A stretch of 64,000 bases of DNA, from the NCBI GenBank assembly GCA_028278505.1, contig JANQEG010000074.1:3175-67174 (forward strand), given 5' to 3'. A program made the translations under genes and the position numbers. This document shows, piece after piece, positions 7,750-17,228 of the stretch. The notes beneath the pieces were generated by a model. It was not told the DNA's origin and ran no database searches. It saw nothing but the letters and a program-made list of their open reading frames with translations. Position 1 is the first letter of the stretch, and the number at the start of each line of letters is the position of its first letter. Origin of the DNA: Rhodobiaceae bacterium (GTDB lineage: Bacteria; Pseudomonadota; Alphaproteobacteria; Rhizobiales; JAKPQE01).

Positions 7750-8736
7750 TCATTCCCCTTTGTCCGGCCCGCCCGGAATGAAGGCGTCGAACGCGGCGAA
7801 GAACTGCTCGCGATAGATATCCCGCTCCATCAGAATTTCGTGGCGGGCGCCGGGGATCACCAGATTGGTGCCGATCCGCATCGCCGCCACGAACTGCTCG
7901 ATCGCCGGATTGCTGACGACCGTTTCCGAACCGGCCGACACGACCAGTGTCGGGATCTTGATGCCGAAGGCGAAATCCTCCGTGGCGATGTCGCGAAGCG
8001 CCCGCACTGCGGCGTGGATCCAGCCGATCGTCGGCGAACCGAGCGCCAGCCACGGCGCCGCCTCGATAATGGCGTTGGTGCGCTGATAGCGATCCGGATC
8101 GGAGGTCAGCGGGTTGTCGGCGAACGGCGCGGTGTTGACCGCGGTCGCGCCGCCGGTCGGGACATAGCGGTCGCCGAGGCCGAAATAGTTGAACAGCGTC
8201 GCCGCACCGACGACGAGCTGGCGCTGCAGCGGTGTCATGTGGAGATCGATGAACGGCGCCACGAGCACCATGCGGTCGAACAGCGTCCGGTCATGGCCGA
8301 CGCGCAAAAGCACATGCCCGCCCATGGAATGGCCGAGGGCGAAATGCGGCGGCGGGCAGTCCGGCAGCACCACCTCGCGCAGGAAGGCCCTGAGATCGAG
8401 CACGTACTGCTCGAAACCGTCCGCATATCCCTTTCGCGGATCGACGAGCAGCCGCTCGGAGCCGCCCTGGCCGCGCCAGTCCATGGTCACAACGTTGAAA
8501 TTGCGCGCCCTGAGGTCGTCGATGGTCTCGAAATATTTCTCGATGAACTCGGCGCGTCCGTGGAACAGGCAGACCGTGCCGCACCCCTGCGCCTCGGGCG
8601 CCGACCAGCGCGCAAAGCGAAGCCGGATCCCGTCCTTGGCTCTGAATTCGCCGCAGACGGCACCTTCCGGTATCGGATTTTCCGGGAGTCCGACAAGTTC
8701 CATCACCGCCGTCCGGATGACCCCGTGCCCCCGCAC
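7750..8736 (-). CDS. alpha/beta hydrolase (lysophospholipase-like)
   Basis: HGRAEFIEKY...DWRGQGGS and nucleophile elbow GHSMGG. The start may be the internal ATG at 8703. Confidence 0.75.
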   Translation of the reverse strand: MRGHGVIRTAVMELVGLPENPIPEGAVCGEFRAKDGIRLRFARWSAPEAQGCGTVCLFHGRAEFIEKYFETIDDLRARNFNVVTMDWRGQGGSERLLVDPRKGYADGFEQYVLDLRAFLREVVLPDCPPPHFALGHSMGGHVLLRVGHDRTLFDRMVLVAPFIDLHMTPLQRQLVVGAATLFNYFGLGDRYVPTGGATAVNTAPFADNPLTSDPDRYQRTNAIIEAAPWLALGSPTIGWIHAAVRALRDIATEDFAFGIKIPTLVVSAGSETVVSNPAIEQFVAAMRIGTNLVIPGARHEILMERDIYREQFFAAFDAFIPGGPDKGE

Positions 8737-8892
8737 GGCAAATCAATATCGACCGGTCATAGCTCAACGGCGGTGTCGTCTTCAAGCCGGAGCGGCATCG
8801 GTGCATGAGAAGTAATGTGGCCGGCAACACCGTTTCTTGCGTTGCCGGCCGAATTACGAGCGCCCGAGGGGGGCTTGAAGACGCTCGTAAAC

Positions 8893-9162
8893 TTATACCA
8901 ACCGTCGTGGGATTTGACCCCTCTGACCGGGATGATTTTTCGCCGTGGCACGAAGCGCCCGAGCGTGGTGATGCCGGGCATCACGAGCGAGGCGCGACAA
9001 AGCCACGGCGGAAAAGCACCCGGCCTTTCGGTGGGCCAAATCGGTCCATCGGGTGCGTTGCGGCGCTTGCCCGATGCCCCACATCGCGCTGCGCGCCGCG
9101 CCTGCCCGAGTGAACCGATTTGAGCCCATCAGAGGAGTCAAATCCCACGACGGTTGGTATAA
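8893..9162. mobile_element. MITE-like element, family B (270 bp)
   Basis: 34-bp terminal inverted repeats: ttataccaaccgtcgtgggatttgacccctctga (8893-8926) and tcagaggagtcaaatcccacgacggttggtataa (9129-9162), with 1 mismatch. GC-rich hairpin-prone interior and no credible ORF. Confidence 0.75.
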
Positions 9163-9198
9163 CCAGTCACCAAGTCCACCGGAACGGAATGGACAGCG

Positions 9199-10368
9199 AT
9201 GTTGGATGGCGATCCGCAACGACGGCGGACCAAACTGCTTATTGTCGACGACGATCCGCTGTTGGCGGACATCGTGCGCGCCAGGCTCGATGGCTGGAAT
9301 TGGGACATCGCCAGTTCGCCGAACGGTGCGAAAGCGGTCGAATTCCTGAAGAACAACGCCGTCGACCTCGTCGTCTCCGACCTGGAAATGCCGGTGATGG
9401 ACGGCTACCGGTTCATCGAGGTGTTGCGGGCCGATCCCGACCTTACCCACCTTCCCGTCGTGGTGATCACCGGCAGCGAGGACGCCGATGCCTGCGAACG
9501 GGCATTGGCCTGCGGCGCCAACGCCTTCCTGACCAAGCCGCTCAACTGGTCGCTGTTTTCGCACAATATCAGCTATGTGCTCAACAATGCGCGGCGCGAG
9601 GAAGCGCTCCGGGAGGCACGGCAAAGGGCCGAATCGGCGAGCCGGCAGAAGGACTATCTGCTCGCCGTGGTCTCCCATGAAATGCGCACGCCGCTCAATG
9701 CCATTGTCGGCTTCTCCCGGATCCTGAACGGCCAGGTCGCCGGTCCGCTCGGCAATTCCACCTATCTGGACTGCGCCCGCGAGATCGAACAGGCCGGCAG
9801 CGCGCTCGGCGACATGATCTCCGACATGTTCCTCTATTCCGGCATCCTCGCCGGCACCAAGACGATCGAGGTCGACGACTATCCGGCCAGCGACGTGATC
9901 CTGCCGGTGATCGACGATGTGGTGGCCGAGGCGCGGGCGGCAACCGTCGACCTCAGCATCGAGGTCGACGACGGCATCCCCGATCTGCAGCTTGATCGAT
10001 CGCTGGTGCGAAAGGCGGTGCGGGAAGTGCTGCGCAACGCCATTGCCGCCTCTCCGGCCGGCGCCACCGTCAACCTCCATGCGCAAGGCGCGGACGAGAT
10101 TCTGAGGATCAGCGTGACCGACCGGGGACCGGGCGTTTCCGCCGAACAGGCCGAGGCGATGTTCGATCCGTTCTTTCAGGTCGACACCGATACCGGTCGA
10201 AAGGCGAGCGGGGTCGGCCTGGGTCTGTCGGTCGCCCGCGCCATCGCCCGGGCCCATGGCGGCGACTGTTCCCTCAAATCTGAGCCGGACGGCGGCACGA
10301 CGGCGCTGCTTTGGCTTAGGGCGCCGGCATCGGTGCCGGGCATGGCCGCCAAGGAGAGCATCGCTTGA
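9199..10368 (+). CDS. histidine kinase with N-terminal receiver domain (REC-HisKA-HATPase)
   Basis: REC: LLIVDDDPLL...DLEMPVMDGYRF...KP. H-box SHEMRTPLNAIVGFS. G-box GVGLGLSVARAIARAHGG. Confidence 0.8.
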   Translation: MLDGDPQRRRTKLLIVDDDPLLADIVRARLDGWNWDIASSPNGAKAVEFLKNNAVDLVVSDLEMPVMDGYRFIEVLRADPDLTHLPVVVITGSEDADACERALACGANAFLTKPLNWSLFSHNISYVLNNARREEALREARQRAESASRQKDYLLAVVSHEMRTPLNAIVGFSRILNGQVAGPLGNSTYLDCAREIEQAGSALGDMISDMFLYSGILAGTKTIEVDDYPASDVILPVIDDVVAEARAATVDLSIEVDDGIPDLQLDRSLVRKAVREVLRNAIAASPAGATVNLHAQGADEILRISVTDRGPGVSAEQAEAMFDPFFQVDTDTGRKASGVGLGLSVARAIARAHGGDCSLKSEPDGGTTALLWLRAPASVPGMAAKESIA

Positions 10369-10588
10369 CCAGGACAAGCCCGGTCGCACGCGATATCGGC
10401 CGCCATTAGGAATTATTTACCGAACGCAAAAAAACACGCCGGAAATGGCATTTTCCCGCTCGGCGCGGTCTGCCGGATTTAGAATTGATTTAACAAGGTC
10501 GCGTACGCTCGGCGGGTTCGAGCGAAGACCCTTTACCGCTCGATCCAGCATCGGAGCCGTGGTGAAGGCGGGAGCAGATGTCGTGATC

Positions 10589-11923
10589 ATGCAATTCTTT
10601 TCGACACTTGCCAGGTTCTGGCGTTCCGGAAAGGGCAATGTCACGATCGTGTTTTCGATCGCGTTGCCGGTCATTATCGGCTCCATTGCGGTTTCCGTCG
10701 ATATCTCGAACCTCTATATGCGGCGCGCCGAACTGCAGGGCGCGGCCGATTCCGCCGCGCTCGCCGCGGCCAAAGAGCTCTATATGGCCGGCGCCGATCA
10801 GAAGGTGATCGCGGCCGTTGCCGAAAACTACGCCCGAACGAATATCGGCACCGGACGCAAGCTCAAGATCGGGACCACCCTCATCGACGACGACACCGCC
10901 GTCACCGTCGAGATCGTCGAGGAAACCAAGCTTTATTTCGCCAGCTTCCTCGTTTCGGAGCTTTCGCCGATTCACGTCTCCGCGACGGCGCGGGCCGCCG
11001 GCGGCGGGCGGATTTGTGTCGTCGGTCTGGCGGAAACCGACGAACACACGGTTCTCTTGGATTTTTCGGCGAAACTGACGGCCCCGACCTGTGCCGTCTA
11101 TTCCAACTCGATGTCGAAATACGGCCTCGTAACCTTCCTTAAATCGACGATAGAGGCCGAACTGATCTGTTCGTCCGGCGGTTACTCGGGCAAGGATGCG
11201 AGTTTTCAACCCTCTCCGATCGTCGACTGCCCGCAACTTCAGGACCCGCTTTCGGACCGCAAAGCCCCGTCCTATTCGGGCTGCGACTACAAGGATTTCA
11301 AGGTCAGCGCAGGCGACGTCACGATCTATCCCGGCGTCTATTGCGGCGGCCTGACGATAGGCGGAACGGCCAATGTGTTCGCGCAACCGGGCGTGTACGT
11401 GATCTCCGGCGCGCCGTTCGGCGTCCTCGATGAGGCCAAGCTGCGTGGCGAATATGTCGGCTTTCACCTCGTCAAGGGCTCGAAAATCCACTTCATGCGG
11501 GACACGACGATTGATCTGGGCGCGCCGAAGAGCGGCCCGATGGCCGGGATTCTGATCTATGAAGGCCCGGTCGACGGCAACACCTATAGCGATGATGATG
11601 ACGACGAAGACGACAATGAACGGAAATTTTCAACTGCCAACTTCTTGTCCGCGTTGTCGATTACGCACAACCCGAACCAGCATGAGATTCGCTCGAACAA
11701 CGCGCGCAACCTGCTCGGCACGATCTATCTTCCGCATTCCAAGCTTTTCATCCACGGTGAAAACAAGATCGCGGACAAGTCTGCCTATACGGCAATCATC
11801 GTGCGGCAATTGGAAATGCGCTCCGGGCCCGATCTCCACCTGAATACCAACTACACGTCCACCGACGTGCCCGTGCCTGAGGGCATCACGCCGGTCGGCC
11901 GGAACGTCTTCCTGGAGCGCTGA
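10589..11923 (+). CDS. TadE/TadG-like (Flp pilus assembly N-terminal domain) protein
   Basis: ATG 10589 gives MQFFSTLARFWRSGKGNVTIVFSIALPVIIGSIAVSVDISNLYMRRAELQGAADSAALAAA, typical of the Tad_N family. Contains the acidic run DDDDDEDD. Confidence 0.65.
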   Translation: MQFFSTLARFWRSGKGNVTIVFSIALPVIIGSIAVSVDISNLYMRRAELQGAADSAALAAAKELYMAGADQKVIAAVAENYARTNIGTGRKLKIGTTLIDDDTAVTVEIVEETKLYFASFLVSELSPIHVSATARAAGGGRICVVGLAETDEHTVLLDFSAKLTAPTCAVYSNSMSKYGLVTFLKSTIEAELICSSGGYSGKDASFQPSPIVDCPQLQDPLSDRKAPSYSGCDYKDFKVSAGDVTIYPGVYCGGLTIGGTANVFAQPGVYVISGAPFGVLDEAKLRGEYVGFHLVKGSKIHFMRDTTIDLGAPKSGPMAGILIYEGPVDGNTYSDDDDDEDDNERKFSTANFLSALSITHNPNQHEIRSNNARNLLGTIYLPHSKLFIHGENKIADKSAYTAIIVRQLEMRSGPDLHLNTNYTSTDVPVPEGITPVGRNVFLER

Positions 11924-11982
11924 AACCAGCGGCACTTAATGCTGACTCCCGACGACGCGCCACGCGCAAAGCGCCCGTTGCT

Positions 11983-12077
11983 CGTCATTGCGACCCCGGC
12001 GGAAGCCGGGGGAAGCAATCCAGGGCGGCTTGCTCAGCTTGGATTGCCGCGCTCACTGGCGTTCGCTCGCAATGACG
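11983..12077. repeat. palindromic repeat, family C (copy 1)
   Basis: cgtcattgcgaccccggcggaagccgggggaagcaatccag...ttggattgccgc...ctcgcaatgacg. Nested inverted repeats. Same element at 35012-35106 and 46489-46591. Confidence 0.8.
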
Positions 12078-12166
12078 AACCGATAGATTTCCGACCGTAT
12101 AAATTGGGTCGATAATTTCTGCCCCTGGTATAACGTGTCGGCGACCGCAGCGACGGGAGCCGATGC

Positions 12167-13237
12167 ATGATCCGGTGCCGAGACCTTTCGCCTTTCCGCC
12201 TTGCCCGCTTTGCCGCATCGGCGGCGCTGACTTACGCGCTTCTCGGCGCGGCGGCCTTCGCGGCCGAGGTCACGCTGCGCCTCCACCATTTCCTCGGGCC
12301 TGAGTCGATCGCCCACCAATTGCTGATCGAACCCTGGGCGGCGCGCATCGAACAGGCCTCCGGCGGACGTATTGCGATCGAGATCCATCCCGAGATGGGC
12401 CTTGGCGGCAAGGCGACCGAACTCGTCGATCAGGCGCGCGACGGCACCGTCGACATTGTCTGGACGGCCGCGGCCTATACGCCCGGCGCTTTTCCGCGCG
12501 CCGAAGTCTTCACCCTGCCGCTCTTACACGAAAAGGGCGCGGCCGCCACCAACCGGGCGATCGCCGCCGTGATGGAAAGCGAACTGCAGGCCGAATTCGC
12601 CGGCCTTCACCCGCTGCTCGTCCACGTCCATCCGGGACACGCGCTGCTTCTCGGCAACACGCCGGTCGACGGGCTTGACGACCTTTCCGGGCTGACGCTG
12701 CGGCCGCCCGGGCGCGGCATCGGGCTTTTCACCGTCGAGGCGCTCGGCGCCGCGCCGACCAAAAAGCGGCATCCGCGGCTCGGCCGGGCGCTGGAGCGCG
12801 GCGATCTCGACGGCGTGCTGATGTCGCTGGAGCTGGCGCGGTCGCTTGGGGTCACGGGCGCGGCCAAGTCGGTGGTTCTCTTCGGCGACGGGCGCCATTT
12901 CGGCACCAGCCTCTACCTCTTCCTGATGAACCGTGAACGCTATCAAGCGCTACCGGCCGATCTGAAGTCGGTGATCGATGACAATTCGGGACTGGCGCTC
13001 GCCGCCGAGATGGGCCGGGCCTGGGAAGCGGCCGGCGCCGATGCGCTGGCCGAGGCCCGGGCCGGCGGCGCCGCAATCGTCATGCTCACCGGCGCCGAGG
13101 AAGACAGGATACGCGCCGCCCTCGAAGCGGTCATTGCCCGATGGAAGACGGCGGTTACTGAGAAAGGCATTGACGGCGCGGCACTCGTCGCCGCGGCCCG
13201 CGCGGCGATTGCGCGGCACGCCGAGGCTGCGGACTGA
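12167..13237 (+). CDS. TRAP-type periplasmic solute-binding protein (DctP family), orphan
   Basis: Signal peptide followed by LRLHHFLGPESIAHQ..EPWAARIEQASGGRIAIEIHP. No DctQ/DctM genes are adjacent. Confidence 0.7.
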   Translation: MIRCRDLSPFRLARFAASAALTYALLGAAAFAAEVTLRLHHFLGPESIAHQLLIEPWAARIEQASGGRIAIEIHPEMGLGGKATELVDQARDGTVDIVWTAAAYTPGAFPRAEVFTLPLLHEKGAAATNRAIAAVMESELQAEFAGLHPLLVHVHPGHALLLGNTPVDGLDDLSGLTLRPPGRGIGLFTVEALGAAPTKKRHPRLGRALERGDLDGVLMSLELARSLGVTGAAKSVVLFGDGRHFGTSLYLFLMNRERYQALPADLKSVIDDNSGLALAAEMGRAWEAAGADALAEARAGGAAIVMLTGAEEDRIRAALEAVIARWKTAVTEKGIDGAALVAAARAAIARHAEAAD

Positions 13238-13404
13238 GCCGGGCGGCGTTTTTGCGGACCGACCTCCGGAACCTCGGTTGTCATTGCGAGCTTGGCTTTC
13301 GCCATGGCTGGTTCTATTCGATGCCATCGTCGTAGGCTATTGTGTCAATGCCGCTTTCCTAGCCGGATTTGTCGCTGGACACGGGTTTCCCTCCGCATCC
13401 CGAC

Positions 13405-13620
13405 GTCACCAACCAACCTCTATTTCGTCACCACCCGGTTTATCCGGGTGGTCCATTGGCTCGTCGACTTGTCAACGCATTGGTGAAGGAATTCGAGCGC
13501 TTCTGGATGCCGGACCGCCATTGGATTGCCCGCATGAAGCGGGCAATGACGACGGAGGAGGTGTCGAAACCATCGAAAAACGCTTTAACCGGTCAGCATT
13601 GGAACAAGCCCGGCAATGAC
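13405..13620. repeat. family A internal fragment (no TIRs)
   Basis: Collinear with the interior of 60541-60804 (gtcaccacccgg.t.tccgggtggtccattgg...ccattggattgcccgcatgaagcgggcaatgacgacggaggagg). It generates the pseudo-peptide HWIARMKRAMTTEE. Confidence 0.7.
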
Positions 13621-13696
13621 GCCGGCGGTGGGGCGCAATCCGTCTCGCAAACACCCAGCCGATCCAACGGACCAAAGCCTGGAGCCTGCGACCCGC

Positions 13697-14875
13697 CTAT
13701 CCGCCGCCGAGCTTTTTGTAGATCTTGCCGCCGGGGCGGCCGGTCGGTTTCATGCCGAACGCCTGTTCCGCCTTTTTGATCGCGGCGCGGGTGATCGGGC
13801 CGATCTTGCCGTCGGCCTCGCCGATGTCGTAGCCCTGGGCGATCAGCAATTCCTGCAGATGCAGGCGCTCGGCGCGCGACAGCGGCGGATCGTCCGTCGG
13901 CCATGGGGTCCGCAAGGCCGGATAGCCGGCAATGCGGTCGGCCAGGTAGGAAATCGCCAGCGCGTAGGATTCGGCGTGATTGTAGGCATAGATCGCGTTG
14001 AAATTGCGGAAGACGAGAAAGCCCGGACCGCGCGACCCGGCCGGCAGTAATAGCGCCGCATTGGTGCCGCCGGAGAGCCGCTTGCCGTCGGCGCGGACAA
14101 CGCCGCGCTTGGCCCAGCTTGCCAGCGAAGCCCGGTTCCGGCGCCCTTTCGGTCCCTTATAGCCGCGCGGCGCCTTGACCTCAATCATCCAGGATTCGCC
14201 GCGTTTCCAGCCGGCGCGCTTCAGATAATTCGCCGTCGAGCCGAGCGCATCGGCAACCGAATCGACGAGGTCGCGGCGGCCGTCACCGTCGAAATCGACC
14301 GCAAGCCGCAGATAGGTGGAGGGGATGAACTGGGTCTGGCCGAAAGCGCCGGCCCAGGAGCCATAGAGCTTGTTCATCCGCAGATCGCCGCGGTCGACGA
14401 TCTTGAGGGTCGCCAGCAATTCGCCGCGCCAGAATTTTGTACGGCGGCCGCCGGCGCAGACGAGATTGGCGAGCGCGTGCGGCAGAAAGAATTTGCCGGT
14501 GTCCTGGCCGTAATTGGATTCCACGCCCCAGACCGCGGCGATGACGTAGCGGTTGACGCCGAAACGATCCTCGGCCGCCCGCAATATCCGGTCGTGTTCG
14601 CGCATCACGGCCCGGCCGTCTTCGACGCGCTCCTCGTCGACGAGGAAACCGAGATAGTCCCAGATCGGCGTCTTGAATTCCGGCTGCGATCGCGACCGGC
14701 GCAGCACTTCTTCGTCATAACGGACACCGTCGAGCGCCTCGGCGACGACCGCGCGGCTGATGCCCGATTTCCGCGCCGCCGCCTTCAGCCCGTTGACGCA
14801 AGAAGAGAAGTCGGCAACCGCGGGCGTAATGGTCGCGATCGACATCAGCGTGGCGGCGAGAAGGAGATTGCGCAT
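13697..14875 (-). CDS. lytic murein transglycosylase (MltB family) with C-terminal peptidoglycan-binding domain
   Basis: GSWAGAFGQTQFIPSTYL motif. C-terminal LQELLIAQGYDIGEADGKIGPITRAAIKKAE is a PG_binding_1-like repeat. Start at the signal-peptide ATG 14875. Confidence 0.8.
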   Translation of the reverse strand: MRNLLLAATLMSIATITPAVADFSSCVNGLKAAARKSGISRAVVAEALDGVRYDEEVLRRSRSQPEFKTPIWDYLGFLVDEERVEDGRAVMREHDRILRAAEDRFGVNRYVIAAVWGVESNYGQDTGKFFLPHALANLVCAGGRRTKFWRGELLATLKIVDRGDLRMNKLYGSWAGAFGQTQFIPSTYLRLAVDFDGDGRRDLVDSVADALGSTANYLKRAGWKRGESWMIEVKAPRGYKGPKGRRNRASLASWAKRGVVRADGKRLSGGTNAALLLPAGSRGPGFLVFRNFNAIYAYNHAESYALAISYLADRIAGYPALRTPWPTDDPPLSRAERLHLQELLIAQGYDIGEADGKIGPITRAAIKKAEQAFGMKPTGRPGGKIYKKLGGG

Positions 14876-14973
14876 CGTCAGGAAGGCCCATGCCGTTTCG
14901 GTGATTCGCACGTTGATTCTAGCGGATTCGCCGATTCCGGCGAGCATTGAATTGTGAAGGTCCGGCAACGCCC

Positions 14974-16170
14974 TCAGTTCGCCTGCCGCTCAAGGCGACC
15001 GAGACCGAGTCCGGCGAGCATTGTGGCGGCGGCAAGCGGCAGCAATACGGCAAGGGCGCCGGTCCACGATCCGGAGAGATCGACGATATAGGAGGTCAGC
15101 GCCGGCCCGACCAACTGGCCGAGGGCGACGCCCTGAAGCATCAGCCCGTTGACCGAGGCGATGTGCAAGGGGGTCGGCGCGTGCACCGGCACGCCGGAAA
15201 AGAGCACGCCCGGGATGAGCCCGCCGACCGCGGACAGAAGCGCGGCCGCGGCAAGCCGTATGGCGATCGGCGCAAAGCCGCCCATCACCACGATCGCGCA
15301 CGCGGCCATCGTCACGGCGACCGCAATGATGATCGCGGCGCGGGTTCGGCCGCCGTCGAGCAGCGGTCCGGCGGAAAAACAGCCGATGATGTTGAGGATG
15401 ATGACGAAGGCGCCGGCGACGCCGGCCGCGGCCGGGCTCCAGCCGGCATTCTCCACCAGGATCAGCGGCACGAAGGCGGTGACGATCAGGAATTGCGCAC
15501 CATAGGACCCGAAAGAGAGCGCCAGCAGCAGCGGTCCGGGCTTGAGGATTTCGGCGACCGCGCGCAGCGGGGGAAGCGGTGCTCGGCGCTGTTGCGGCGG
15601 CGACAGCGGCGCAGCCGCAATGAGGGCCAGCACCGCCACGGCGGCAACGAGGCCGGCGTTGAGGAGCCACACGCCGCGCCAGCCGAGACCGTCGACGAGC
15701 AGGCCGCCGGTCAGCATCATCAGGCCCATGCCGGCGGGCATGTAAGCGCTCCACAGCCCCATCACCCGGCGCATGTCGGACAGCCGGGCGGCGCGCAGCA
15801 TCAGTGCCGGCATGCTGATGACCGTGAAAAAGAAGCCGAGGCCTTCAACCGCCCGCGTCGCCAACAGCAGGACCGGGCCCTCGGCGAAGGCGCCGACAAG
15901 GCTCGCGCCGGCGGCGAGCGCCATGCCGAAAATGCCGATCCGACGCTGACCGGCGCGGTCGGCAAGCATGCCGCAGAAAAGCCCGAACGTGCCGGAGACG
16001 AGGCTGTAGATGGAGATGACGAGCCCGGCCTGGAACAGCGACAGGCCGAGTTCGGTACGCAACAGCGGCAAAGCGGGCGGCGCCTTGCCGACGAGAAAGG
16101 ATACGGCGATGCCGGCGAGGAACAGCGCCAGGATGCGGGCCCACGCCGTGGACTTCGGATGCTCGCTCAC
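14974..16170 (-). CDS. MFS transporter
   Basis: 398 aa, 12 hydrophobic segments, with the motif GMLADRAGQRR. Confidence 0.8.
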   Translation of the reverse strand: MSEHPKSTAWARILALFLAGIAVSFLVGKAPPALPLLRTELGLSLFQAGLVISIYSLVSGTFGLFCGMLADRAGQRRIGIFGMALAAGASLVGAFAEGPVLLLATRAVEGLGFFFTVISMPALMLRAARLSDMRRVMGLWSAYMPAGMGLMMLTGGLLVDGLGWRGVWLLNAGLVAAVAVLALIAAAPLSPPQQRRAPLPPLRAVAEILKPGPLLLALSFGSYGAQFLIVTAFVPLILVENAGWSPAAAGVAGAFVIILNIIGCFSAGPLLDGGRTRAAIIIAVAVTMAACAIVVMGGFAPIAIRLAAAALLSAVGGLIPGVLFSGVPVHAPTPLHIASVNGLMLQGVALGQLVGPALTSYIVDLSGSWTGALAVLLPLAAATMLAGLGLGRLERQAN

Positions 16171-16191
16171 GACGGTGCCGATCGGCCGCGC

Positions 16192-16746
16192 TCAGTCGAT
16201 CCGGTCCAGATGCCCGGTGATGAACTTCAACTGTTCGCCGTCGCGGATTCGGGTGAATTCGATGTCCATATTGCCGTCGACAAGCCGGCGCTTGTAGACC
16301 TGCAGTTCGTAGCCGCCATATTCGGCGATATAGAGCCCCGAAACGGTCAGCGTATCACCGGAAAGCCCGGCCCAGAAATATGGTTCGCCGCTTAAGGGAT
16401 CGACCGCGTCCATGCCGCCGAACATGTTGCGCCGGACGGCGGAATAATAAAGGCCGACGCGCTTGCGATAGGGCATGAACGGGATCGCATGGGTGGTCTT
16501 TTTCGGCTTACGGTCGGTGTAGCGGATGATGGTCGTCCATTCGATGGTGAATCCATCGTCCTTGAACGGCGTGATCATCACCCCGAGGTCGCGCTCCGAA
16601 AGCCCCTCGCCGACGACCGAAATCGACCGGCCGATATAATTGCCGAAGAATTTGCTGATATCGAAATCATCAGCGGCGGCCGGTCCGGCGCCGAGCACTA
16701 CAAAAAGCCCGGCAATCGCGAGGGTCAGGCGCTTCAACGAGATCAT
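16192..16746 (-). CDS. exported hypothetical protein
   Basis: Signal peptide MISLKRLTLAIAGLFVVLGAGPAAA. Codon usage fits the genome. No recognised domain. Confidence 0.5.
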   Translation of the reverse strand: MISLKRLTLAIAGLFVVLGAGPAAADDFDISKFFGNYIGRSISVVGEGLSERDLGVMITPFKDDGFTIEWTTIIRYTDRKPKKTTHAIPFMPYRKRVGLYYSAVRRNMFGGMDAVDPLSGEPYFWAGLSGDTLTVSGLYIAEYGGYELQVYKRRLVDGNMDIEFTRIRDGEQLKFITGHLDRID

Positions 16747-17012
16747 GGTGCGGTCTCCCAGAGTGGATTTGCCAGACTATAGCCTTTCACGGTTCGCTTG
16801 AACCATTCGGGTTCCCGAGCGTCAGGTCTGCGATTCCTGTCTATGTGCCATTGAAGGCGAATATAGGGCTGTCCGCTGCCACTCCTGCTGCTATGCGGAT
16901 GCACTCACCGCTGCCCGTTGAAATTCGATACCTGCACCATAAGTCATTATTTCGACGTCGTTTTCCCGATTGAAGTGACGTTTGGACAAAGACTTCGCAA
17001 ACACGTCCTGGC

Positions 17013-17200
17013 GTCACCACCCAACCCCTCCTTCGTCACCACCCAACCCCTCCCTTGTCACCACCCGGTTTATCCGGGTGGTCCATCGGCCTGTCGGTTT
17101 GATCAAGGCATTCGTCAAGAAACTCAGGCGCTCCCGATTGCCGATGGGCCATTGGATTGCCCGCTTGGGAGCGGGCAATGACGACGGAGGAGGTATTGAG
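17013..17200. repeat. family A internal fragment with two 22-bp units
   Basis: gtcaccacccaacccctcc(t)t occurs twice, followed by gtcaccacccggtttatccgggtggtccatcgg...ccattggattgcccgcttgggagcgggcaatgacgacggaggagg. Confidence 0.7.
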
Positions 17201-17228
17201 AAGGGCTGCGAAACGGAGTGTGGGAGCT

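Noticed and set aside
8893-10389. 498-aa minus-strand ORF over the MITE and the REC-HK gene
   Set aside because: Antisense to a clear histidine kinase, and it begins inside a non-coding inverted-repeat element. Low-complexity R/G/A composition.
13369-13779. ORFs encoding the recurring peptide ...HWIARMKRAMTTEE... (also 2207-2668, 16982-17356, 60344-61012, 28324-28608)
   Set aside because: The shared peptide arises from translation of family A repeat copies in either orientation. The frames are not conserved outside the repeat and the copies are bounded by TIRs, so this is repeat DNA and not a gene family.
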